Below, piece after piece: positions 1 through 7,333 of a stretch of 64,000 nucleotides of DNA. The translations under genes were made by a program, and so were the position numbers. The stretch comes from Anaerolineae bacterium (GTDB taxonomy: Bacteria; Chloroflexota; Anaerolineae; B4-G1; DUEL01): contig JANXCY010000012.1 of NCBI GenBank assembly GCA_025060135.1, positions 4,224 to 68,223 of the forward strand, read 5' to 3'. The notes beneath the pieces are model-generated. The model saw only the letters and a list, made by a program, of their open reading frames with translations, was not told where the DNA came from and searched no databases. Position 1 is the first letter of the stretch; every line of letters begins with the position of its first letter.

Positions 1-1
1 C

Positions 2-1138
2 CAGGCCCGCCTGCAGCGGGAAATCATCGGCCCCGGCCTGGAGGCCTACTACGCGTTCATCACCCCGCCCTTCTTCGCCCTCCTTTTTGTCCCCCTGGCC
101 CTGTTGCCGTACGGTCTGGCATTCGCGCTCTGGAGTTTTCTGGGACTGGTGGCCCTCTGGGCCAGCGTTCGTCTCATGGGCATCCGCTCGTCCCGCCCGT
201 TCCTGTGGGCGCTGACCTGGTTTCCCGTCTTCGCCGCCGTCAGTTACGGCCAGAACAGCCTGCTCAGCCTGTTCCTCCTGGCCCTGACCTTCCGGCTCTG
301 GCGGGACGGACGGCCCTGGGCCGCCGGGCTGGCCCTGGCTGGGCTGATGTACAAACCGCAACTGACCCTGGGCCTGGCCCTCCTCTGGCTGGTGAGCGGT
401 CGGGACGGATGGAAGGCACTGGGGGGATGGGCGCTGGGGACTGTGGCCCTCACCGCTCTGTGCGCCGTTGCCTGGCCCGAGGCCAGCCAGGCCTACCTCC
501 ACTTCGCCCGGACCATCCTGCCTGACCTGCCCAACTGGCAGGATTTTCCCCTCTGGCACCTGCACACCGTCCGGGGCTTCTGGCGGCTACTGCTCCCCGA
601 ATCGCCGCTCCTGGGGGATGTCCTGACCCTTTTGCTGACCGGACTGGGGCTAGTGGAGGGATACCGGTTCTGGCGGTGCCACCGGCTTCACCCCCCGCTC
701 ACCTTCGCGGCGGCCGTCGCCCTGACCCTCTGGATCACCCCCCACGCAATGATATACGACTGGGCCATCCTTCTCATCCCTGCCGTCCTGCTCTGGGAGG
801 AGGTTCCCGAGAGACGCAGAGAATGGCGGGCTCTGTATGCCCTGGTCTGGCTGACGACCTTCCTGGCCCCGCCGCTGACCTACGGCCAGTGGCGGCTGGC
901 CCACCGGGCCGTCCAGATCACCCTACTGGCCCTGAGCCTAGCCCTCTACCGAATTCGCCAATCTCTCAACCGCCCCCCTATACTTGCCATTTCTGCCAAA
1001 ATGGGATATGATATGATAGACAAACTTCATAGAGGTACACGTCCAGATCACCAACCGGATGACCGACACGAACCCGTGCCGCCTGGCAATGGATCGGAAC
1101 CAGAGCAGCCTGGATGTCCTGGAATCCCTTCTGGCTGA
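2..1138 (+). CDS. 5'-partial polytopic membrane protein. Probably a GT-C-type glycosyltransferase of the DUF2029/GT87 kind. The ORF is open to the window edge.
   Basis: The reading frame is open from base 2 with no stop before 1138, and the first ATG at 104 is internal. Many predicted TM helices and a Pro/Gly-rich loop are present. The Trp/Leu-rich pattern resembles polyprenol-dependent mannosyl/arabinosyl transferases. The last 60 aa or so are hydrophilic and low complexity, and contain an embedded promoter. Confidence 0.5.
   Translation, partial: QARLQREIIGPGLEAYYAFITPPFFALLFVPLALLPYGLAFALWSFLGLVALWASVRLMGIRSSRPFLWALTWFPVFAAVSYGQNSLLSLFLLALTFRLWRDGRPWAAGLALAGLMYKPQLTLGLALLWLVSGRDGWKALGGWALGTVALTALCAVAWPEASQAYLHFARTILPDLPNWQDFPLWHLHTVRGFWRLLLPESPLLGDVLTLLLTGLGLVEGYRFWRCHRLHPPLTFAAAVALTLWITPHAMIYDWAILLIPAVLLWEEVPERRREWRALYALVWLTTFLAPPLTYGQWRLAHRAVQITLLALSLALYRIRQSLNRPPILAISAKMGYDMIDKLHRGTRPDHQPDDRHEPVPPGNGSEPEQPGCPGIPSG
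984..1012 (+). promoter_or_regulatory. sigma70-like promoter TTGCCA-17-TATGAT inside the 3' tail of the upstream gene. It probably drives the 1283..6040 operon.
   Basis: TTGCCA lies at 984-989, followed by a 17-nt spacer and TATGAT at 1007-1012. It sits in a locally AT-richer patch about 270 nt upstream of the 1283 start codon. Confidence 0.4.
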
Positions 1139-1282
1139 CCTGCTTCACCCCCTGGGTTGGGTCGCCGCCCAGGCACTCCTTCTGGTCCAGCCACTGCTGG
1201 CAGGCTGGGTGGATGAATCCATCATAGATCGGGCGATTCGTCGCTTGGAAGGCTCCTGGCCGCAAAGCGTGGAGAAGCAAGA

Positions 1283-2014
1283 ATGACCTTGATGGCATCT
1301 GGGCTGCTGATAGGGGTGGCAGTCCTTGCGCTCCTGTGGACCACCATCCGCATCCGTCGGGGCCGGGCTCCTCAGACCCGTCCCCTGAAAGCCTTTGATG
1401 ATTTGCCGGATCAACTGGGCTATTCCGCTGAGAGGGGAGCCCCCCTTCTCTTCACCCTGGGCACCGGCCCGGTCGGGAGCGATCGTACGCTGGCCTCCAT
1501 TGCCGCCCTGGAGACTCTTCACGGATTGGCCGATGCTGCGGTGGCCTACAGCGCCCCTCCTCTGGTTGCAGTGGGAGACCCCACCCTCCTCCCCCTGGCT
1601 GAGGACATCCTCCGACGAGCATGGAATCGCAGAGGTTTCCCGGAACGGCATAACCCGAACCTGGTCCGTTTCATTGGGGTCCAGCCGCTGGCCTACGCCG
1701 CGGGCGTCGCCGATATACTGGGACATGAGCGAGTGCATGCCCACATCCTGATGGGTTCTATAGATGAAGAAGCCGCTCTGATCACCCATGCGGCCGAAGG
1801 GCAGGGAATCCCTCAATCCATCGCGGTGGACCGATTGCCAGCATTGGGAGCGCTCTACCCCGCCGAAGCGGCACTGGCTGCTGGAGAGGAACTGTATGCA
1901 GGCCCCGCGCGGGTTACTGGCCTCCCCCGGTATCTGGGAAGTCTGCAGGTTCAGGACCTCCTTCGTCTTCTGGTAGTGCTTCTCATTTTCTTGAAGACCC
2001 TGGGAATCTGGTAG
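1283..2014 (+). CDS. hypothetical membrane-anchored protein with N- and C-terminal TM helices
   Basis: It has a hydrophobic N-terminus (LLIGVAVLALLW) and a hydrophobic C-terminus (LLRLLVVLLIFL). A GGAGAAG RBS precedes the start. It lies 10 nt upstream of the next gene. I recognise no domain. Confidence 0.55.
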   Translation: MTLMASGLLIGVAVLALLWTTIRIRRGRAPQTRPLKAFDDLPDQLGYSAERGAPLLFTLGTGPVGSDRTLASIAALETLHGLADAAVAYSAPPLVAVGDPTLLPLAEDILRRAWNRRGFPERHNPNLVRFIGVQPLAYAAGVADILGHERVHAHILMGSIDEEAALITHAAEGQGIPQSIAVDRLPALGALYPAEAALAAGEELYAGPARVTGLPRYLGSLQVQDLLRLLVVLLIFLKTLGIW

Positions 2015-2024
2015 CGAGGTACTG

Positions 2025-2654
2025 ATGGACCGATTCGTCCGAAGAGCCCTCCCGACCTCCGTGGCCATTGGGACAGGGATTCTGGTTCTCCTGGGTTACC
2101 TTTTTCCCCACACGGTGCTGGCATCCGTTCGGGACGAACTGATCCACTGGGGAGTGATTATCGCCGCCTTCGCCTTCATCCTGGGCTTCTTCAACCTCCT
2201 GCGGGTCCATCTGGCACGCGCCCGGACCTCCGGTGGTATCTACAGCCTTTTCCTGATTCTCGCCGCTTTGGCCAGCCTGGGCCTGACTTTGGCCGCTCTC
2301 CTCCTCCCGCCGCTGCGGTTTTGGGGAGACTGGTGGTTCCGCTCCATTATCGCTCCCCTCCAGGCCACTGTGATGGGACTGGTGGCCTTTGTGCTGGCGG
2401 TGGCAGCGGTTCGCCTCCTTCGCCATCGCCGGCAGTGGGAAGCCCTGGTCTTTCTGGTCGCTGTCCTGGTGGTCCTGATGGGAACACTCCCGCTACCGCT
2501 CCCCTTTAGCGGCTGGCTGGAGGAACTCCGCCACTGGTGGATTCAGGTCCCAGCCATGGCCGGAATGCGCGGCCTGTTGATCGGTGTGGGCCTGGGCGCT
2601 CTGGTGGTAGGCCTGCGCATACTGGTCGGCGCCGATCGCCCGTATACCGATTAG
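2025..2654 (+). CDS. hypothetical polytopic membrane protein (about 6 TM)
   Basis: There are hydrophobic stretches throughout. It is tightly spaced with both flanking genes. No recognisable catalytic motif. Confidence 0.55.
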   Translation: MDRFVRRALPTSVAIGTGILVLLGYLFPHTVLASVRDELIHWGVIIAAFAFILGFFNLLRVHLARARTSGGIYSLFLILAALASLGLTLAALLLPPLRFWGDWWFRSIIAPLQATVMGLVAFVLAVAAVRLLRHRRQWEALVFLVAVLVVLMGTLPLPLPFSGWLEELRHWWIQVPAMAGMRGLLIGVGLGALVVGLRILVGADRPYTD

Positions 2655-2670
2655 CTCACTTGAGGGACCA

Positions 2671-4530
2671 ATGATTTACTGTCCGAAATGCGGCACCGTC
2701 AATCGTCAGGGAAGCCGATTCTGTAACGAATGCGGAGCCCCGCTACCTGCAACGGGTATCCGCTGCCCCGCATGCGGCGCAACGAACCCGGCAGGCAATG
2801 TCTACTGCGACCGCTGCCACACCCGACTGGTCCCGGCCGAACCGCCTCCCCAGGAAGAGCGACCAGCGGAACGTCCTTCCCCGATCCGGGGAATATCCCT
2901 GCCCTCCATTTCCCCAACCAGGGAGGCCGCCGAAATACCAGAGTGGCTGGCCGAACTAAGCCCCGCCGCACCCACCGCACCGGAGGCCCCAACCCAGGCC
3001 GAAATACCAGAGTGGCTGGCCGAACTAAGCCCCACCGCACCCACCGCACCGGAGGCCCCAACCCAGGCCGAAATACCAGAGTGGCTGGCCGAACTAAGCC
3101 CCGCCGCACCACCAGGAGGCCCGTCCAAACCAGAGGTACCTCCTATATTCCCGGTGGCTCCAGAGCCTATCCAGCCCCTGGAAAAGCCTGCCTCTTCGGC
3201 AGAAGAGATTCCCGAATGGCTGAAAGACCTGGAACCCTCCCCCTTGCCTTCAGAAGGCTTATCGGTTCCCGTCCCGCCAGTGATGGCCGAGGCCACCTCC
3301 GCGCCTTCTCCCCCTCCACCGGCAGTGGTACCTCCGCTCATTCTGGAGGAAACGGAAATTCCCGCTCCTTCAGAAGCAGAGATTCCGGACTGGTTAAGAG
3401 AGGCAGAAAAAGAGCCGGCTGCGCCACCGATAGAGGCTGGCGGGCTGGTGCCTGCGGAAATTCCTGAATGGTTGCGGGCATTACAGCCCCGGGCGGAGAT
3501 GCCCGCTGAGGTAGAGCCAGTGGAGACAGAGGGATTCCTGGCTGGCCTGCGGGGACTCCTTCCGGTCGCCCGAGGGCTGGATAAGGTGTCCACCGCCGGG
3601 CCCTCTCTCCCCGTGGCGCCCAGCCCGGCCGCCGTTGCCCGGGCAGAACTCCTCCAGAGCCTGCTGTCCCGCCCCCTGGTTCTGCCCCACGCAGAAGCGC
3701 GAGAGGCTGTCCGGCGGGAAGGTTGGATGCTCACGCGCCTGCTGGTGGGATTGGTGCTCCTGGTCGCTATCGTGGCTCCGATGCTGGTCCAATGGCGTCT
3801 GTTTGGCCCTCCCCTCATTCCGACCGCCGATAACCTCTTTGCGCTGGTAGAAGGGATCGCTCCCCAAACCCCTGTTCTGGTGGCATGGGAATACGGGCCC
3901 GCCGAAGCCGAAGAGATGGATCGGGTCGCTGGCCCCCTGATGGACCATCTCCTGCGCCGCCAGGCCCGTCTGGTGATCGTGAGCACCCGTATGGAGGGGC
4001 CCGCGACGGCAGAAGCCCTGCTCACCTCCCGGCTGGCCGATACCCAGGAGCGCCTTCGTCGGGTCGCCAATCTGGGTTATATCCCCGGACAGGCCACCGG
4101 TGTACGGGAAGCCATTGGCAACCTAGATGGGCGAACTGAATGGGGGAGCGGTGCGCCAGCCGAGCAGATCGAAGCGATGGCCGGAGTCCAGTCGGTCGCC
4201 GATGTGGGTATGGTCGTGATCCTGGCCGCGCAGCCCGAAGACCTGCGCGTCTGGGTAGAGCAGGTATCCGCCACCCGACCGGATGTGCCCATCGTGGCCG
4301 GTATCAGTGCACGGGCAGAGCCCCTGATGGGGCCCTACCTGGCCGCCGGTCAGATTCAGGGGGCCCTCTCCGGATTGACCGGTGGCGCGGCCTATGAACA
4401 GCGACTGGATACTGGTCGGGGGCGGGAGTATGAATACTACCTGAACTCCCTGGGGCTGGCCCTATGGGCGGTTGCTGCTCTGACAGTGCTCGGGGCCCTG
4501 ATTTCTCTGCTGGGAGGACGGAAGCGATGA
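2671..4530 (+). CDS. double zinc-ribbon protein with a Pro-rich IPEWL-repeat region, one TM helix, a globular domain of about 220 aa and a C-terminal TM anchor
   Basis: The N-terminus has two zinc-ribbon pairs (CPKCG..CNECG and CPACG..CDRCH). Six (E/D)IP(E/D)WL motifs are embedded in a Pro/Ala-rich linker. One TM helix is LTRLLVGLVLLVAIVAPMLV and the C-terminal TM is LALWAVAALTVLGALISLLGG. The stop overlaps the next start (ATGA). Confidence 0.7.
   Translation: MIYCPKCGTVNRQGSRFCNECGAPLPATGIRCPACGATNPAGNVYCDRCHTRLVPAEPPPQEERPAERPSPIRGISLPSISPTREAAEIPEWLAELSPAAPTAPEAPTQAEIPEWLAELSPTAPTAPEAPTQAEIPEWLAELSPAAPPGGPSKPEVPPIFPVAPEPIQPLEKPASSAEEIPEWLKDLEPSPLPSEGLSVPVPPVMAEATSAPSPPPPAVVPPLILEETEIPAPSEAEIPDWLREAEKEPAAPPIEAGGLVPAEIPEWLRALQPRAEMPAEVEPVETEGFLAGLRGLLPVARGLDKVSTAGPSLPVAPSPAAVARAELLQSLLSRPLVLPHAEAREAVRREGWMLTRLLVGLVLLVAIVAPMLVQWRLFGPPLIPTADNLFALVEGIAPQTPVLVAWEYGPAEAEEMDRVAGPLMDHLLRRQARLVIVSTRMEGPATAEALLTSRLADTQERLRRVANLGYIPGQATGVREAIGNLDGRTEWGSGAPAEQIEAMAGVQSVADVGMVVILAAQPEDLRVWVEQVSATRPDVPIVAGISARAEPLMGPYLAAGQIQGALSGLTGGAAYEQRLDTGRGREYEYYLNSLGLALWAVAALTVLGALISLLGGRKR
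2921..3115 (+). repeat. 69-bp (23-codon) tandem direct repeat, about 2.7 copies with one mismatch between copies 1 and 2
   Basis: The unit gaaataccagagtggctggccgaactaagcccc(g/a)ccgcacccaccgcaccggaggccccaacccaggcc starts at about 2932, 3001 and 3070. It encodes the repeated peptide AEIPEWLAELSP(A/T)APTAPEAPTQ. Confidence 0.85.
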
Positions 4531-5165
4531 CGGTAGACCTGCTCGGGCTAATGGTTGGCACCCTGCTGACCCTGATGGTGCTCAGTTACATCATCGGGGA
4601 TAATCCCTTCTACCGCCTGGCACTTCATTTGTTCATTGGTACGACAGTGGGATATGGGCTGGCCGTTACCGTTGTAACCGTCCTGGTACAGACTGTGTTC
4701 CCGGCCCTCCAGAGCAACCCGGATGAACAGGCCCGTACCGTCTTCCCGCTTGTGCTGGGCCTCCTGCTCCTTTTCAAGGGATTCCCGCGCTGGGCAGGAT
4801 GGGGAAATCTCTCCACCGCCTTCCTGGTCGGCGTGGGTTCAGCGGTGGCTGTGAGCGGGGCACTGCTGGGGACCATCCTCCCGCAAAGTGCTGCCGTCGG
4901 GGCTCCAGGCCCATGGAGTATCCTGCTGTTCGTGGGAACGGTAGGCACCCTCCTGGCATTCACCTTCACGGTTCCCCGCCGGCCCGCCATCCAGCGCCTC
5001 TGGAACTGGACACTGGGGCTCTGGGGACGGGTGGGACGCCTGTTCCTGCTGGCCGCCCTGGGCGCGGCTTTCGCCACCGCGCTGATTTCCAGCCTGACCG
5101 TTCTGGTCGGGCGGGTCTACGCAGTGGTCATGGGCCTCCAGCAACTCCTCCCCCTGGTGAGGTAG
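4527..5165 (+). CDS. hypothetical polytopic membrane protein
   Basis: Start corrected to the ATG of MTVDLLGLMVGTLL, which overlaps the upstream stop (ATGA). The ORF-track start at 4464 would overlap the upstream gene by 66 nt. The protein is hydrophobic throughout and rich in Gly/Ala/Leu/Val. Confidence 0.55.
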   Translation: MTVDLLGLMVGTLLTLMVLSYIIGDNPFYRLALHLFIGTTVGYGLAVTVVTVLVQTVFPALQSNPDEQARTVFPLVLGLLLLFKGFPRWAGWGNLSTAFLVGVGSAVAVSGALLGTILPQSAAVGAPGPWSILLFVGTVGTLLAFTFTVPRRPAIQRLWNWTLGLWGRVGRLFLLAALGAAFATALISSLTVLVGRVYAVVMGLQQLLPLVR

Positions 5166-5171
5166 CGTCCA

Positions 5172-5633
5172 GTGTACTGGGTGGATGTACAGAGCGAAGG
5201 GAACTGGCCGCTGAACCTGGAAGTTCTGCGGAAGACCGCGATGGCGACGCTGGCCCACCAGAACGCGCCGGATGTGGAAGTCGCCATTGTGATTACTGAC
5301 GACGAGAGCATGCAGGAACTGAACCGGCGGTTTCGCGGCGTGGATGCCCCCACCGATGTCCTGGCGTTCCCCAACGAAGCGCGTGGCCCCTTTGTGAGCG
5401 CGCCCGGATTCCCCCGCTATCTGGGCGACATCGCCATCTCCTACCCCCGGGCCGAAGAACAGGCTGCCGAGGCCGGCCACTCCACCCAGGCCGAACTGCA
5501 ACTCCTGGTAGTTCACGGCCTCTTGCACCTCCTGGGCTACGACGACCAGAGTGAACCGGAGCGGGCCCGAATGTGGGCCGTCCAGGAAGCCATCCTCCGC
5601 CATCTGGGAGTTTCTGTCCTTCTTCCCGAATGA
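5172..5633 (+). CDS. ybeY: endoribonuclease YbeY (16S rRNA 3'-end maturation factor)
   Basis: Metal-binding signature HGLLHLLGYDD. GTG start with a GAGG RBS at 5158-5164. Length 153 aa. Confidence 0.9.
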   Translation: MYWVDVQSEGNWPLNLEVLRKTAMATLAHQNAPDVEVAIVITDDESMQELNRRFRGVDAPTDVLAFPNEARGPFVSAPGFPRYLGDIAISYPRAEEQAAEAGHSTQAELQLLVVHGLLHLLGYDDQSEPERARMWAVQEAILRHLGVSVLLPE

Positions 5634-6040
5634 ACCGCTGTTCCCGCCTCCTGTCCGCCTTTGGCCATGCCTTTGCTGGCCTCTTCCATGCCTTCCGAAC
5701 CCAGCGGAATATCCCCATTCACCTGACCATCGCGGCAGGCGTGATGGCGCTGGGGCTCTGGTTGGACCTTTCCCGAATGGAATGGGCCATTCTGGCGCTG
5801 ACCATTGGCATCGTCCTGAGCGCAGAGTTACTGAACAGCAGCCTGGAGACAGTGGTGGACATGGTCAGCCCGGAGTACCACCCGATGGCCAAACGGGCCA
5901 AAGACATAGCGGCCGGGGCCGTCCTGTTAACGGCGATTGTCGCCGTGGTGGTAGGCCTGCTGATCCTGGGTCCGCCCCTCTGGGCACGATTGGTCGCCGC
6001 ACTGGTCCCTCCCCCGGGGAGCCCCCCGATGCTCCGCTGA
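5630..6040 (+). CDS. dgkA: diacylglycerol/undecaprenol kinase, DgkA family
   Basis: The ATG overlaps the ybeY stop (ATGA). About 136 aa with three TM helices and the DgkA N-terminal amphipathic motif (RLLSAFGHAFAGLFHAFRTQRN). ybeY-dgkA is the classic gene order. Confidence 0.85.
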   Translation: MNRCSRLLSAFGHAFAGLFHAFRTQRNIPIHLTIAAGVMALGLWLDLSRMEWAILALTIGIVLSAELLNSSLETVVDMVSPEYHPMAKRAKDIAAGAVLLTAIVAVVVGLLILGPPLWARLVAALVPPPGSPPMLR

Positions 6041-6067
6041 GCCTCCTTCGGGCCGGGACGACGGGCT

Positions 6068-6093
6068 GCGGCGGGGGTTGCGCCCCCCGCCGC
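6068..6093 (+). terminator. GC-rich hairpin after dgkA (10-bp stem GCGGCGGGGG/CCCCCGCCGC, 6-nt loop) with no U-tract. Putative operon end.
   Basis: A perfect inverted repeat lies 28 nt after the dgkA stop, just before the convergent HDAC gene end at 6230. The missing T-run lowers confidence. Confidence 0.3.
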
Positions 6094-6229
6094 AACCCGT
6101 TGAGACCACAGGAGCCGGCCCGAAGCCCATGCACAGCCACTGCGATCCACAGACCCCAACCGAGAAGGTGAGACTCTCTGCTTCGGAACCCCCCAGGGCG
6201 GGCCGACGCCGGCAAACCACTGGCCAACC

Positions 6230-7318
6230 TCAGAAGTCCGGTTGCAAAAGGGGATGTTGCTCTTTCAGACGGGCCAGCACCGGCATAATGTCGGGCTCGC
6301 TGGCCGGAAACGGTGGGCCAAAAGGATCAGAAAGTGTCTCCTCGCCCAGCAGGGCGTAGAAAGTGTTCAGCACCCCATGGGCCAGCACATCTAAGTGATA
6401 GCCTCCCTCCAGCGTAAAGACGATGCGTCCTCCGCAGAGTTCCTCCGCCATCGCCACCAGTTCGCGCGCGATGTGTGCGTACCCCCCCAGCGAGAGTTGC
6501 ATCATCGCCAGCGGGTCCTGCCAGTGGGAATCATACCCAGCGGAGACCAGGAGCAGGTCAGGACGAAAGCGGCGAACCAGCGGCCAGACCAATTCTCTGT
6601 ACACTTGCTGGTACCCCTGGTCTCCTACCCCAGCGGGCAGCGGGACGTTAAGAACAGAGCCTTTTCCCGCCCCTACACCCACTTCGCTCCAATGTCCCGT
6701 GCCGGGATAGTAGGGATACTCGTGGGTGGAGAAATAAAAGACAGAGGGATCGCTCTCAAAAACAGCCTGGGTACCATTGCCGTGGTGGACGTCTATGTCG
6801 GCGATAAAGACGCGCTGGATGCCTGGGAGGGTCTGAGCATGGCGGGCCGCCACCGCGACATTGTTGAAAAGACAGAACCCCATGCCCCGCTCGGGAAGGG
6901 CATGATGGCCAGGCGGGCGGACCAGAGCAAAGCCATTGCGGACCTCTCCGTCTATGACCGCTTCCACCAGGGCCAGAAGCCCCCCGGCAGCCATAACAGC
7001 CGCATCATAGGAGCGGGCATTCATGTACGTGTCGGCATCCAAGTGTCCCCCGCCGCGCTCCGCAACCCGCCGCACCTGGGCAATGTAGGCCGGCGTATGA
7101 ATTCGGGCCAGTTCCGCTTCGGTCGCCGGGCGGGCCTCCACAGGGACTAACCGCTCCAGGATTCCGACCTCCCCCAAGACGACCATGATCCGCTCCAGCC
7201 GACGGGCATTCTCCGGATGGCCAGGCTGATTATGCTCTAAATAGATGGGGTGGTACACGTAACCGGTCGCCACGGCACACCTCCCAAGTGGGCGGGCATA
7301 CTCCCAGATGACAGACAA
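6230..7318 (-). CDS. histone deacetylase-family hydrolase (AcuC / acetylpolyamine amidohydrolase-like)
   Basis: Arginase/deacetylase-fold motifs: HHGNGTQ, DIDVHHG and an EGGY..L C-terminal motif. 362 aa. It starts 16 nt after the carB stop on the same strand. Confidence 0.8.
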   Translation of the reverse strand: MSVIWEYARPLGRCAVATGYVYHPIYLEHNQPGHPENARRLERIMVVLGEVGILERLVPVEARPATEAELARIHTPAYIAQVRRVAERGGGHLDADTYMNARSYDAAVMAAGGLLALVEAVIDGEVRNGFALVRPPGHHALPERGMGFCLFNNVAVAARHAQTLPGIQRVFIADIDVHHGNGTQAVFESDPSVFYFSTHEYPYYPGTGHWSEVGVGAGKGSVLNVPLPAGVGDQGYQQVYRELVWPLVRRFRPDLLLVSAGYDSHWQDPLAMMQLSLGGYAHIARELVAMAEELCGGRIVFTLEGGYHLDVLAHGVLNTFYALLGEETLSDPFGPPFPASEPDIMPVLARLKEQHPLLQPDF

Positions 7319-7333
7319 CGGGCAGATCAGGCC

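Noticed and set aside
2802-4070. 422-aa minus-strand ORF and other ORFs overlapping the zinc-ribbon repeat protein gene
   Set aside because: They are antisense to a gene with coherent domain architecture and RBS. The Ser/Gly/Ala-rich translation mirrors the Pro/Ala-rich sense strand. The 2730-3467 plus-strand and 2699-3112 minus-strand ORFs are likewise by-products of the tandem repeat.
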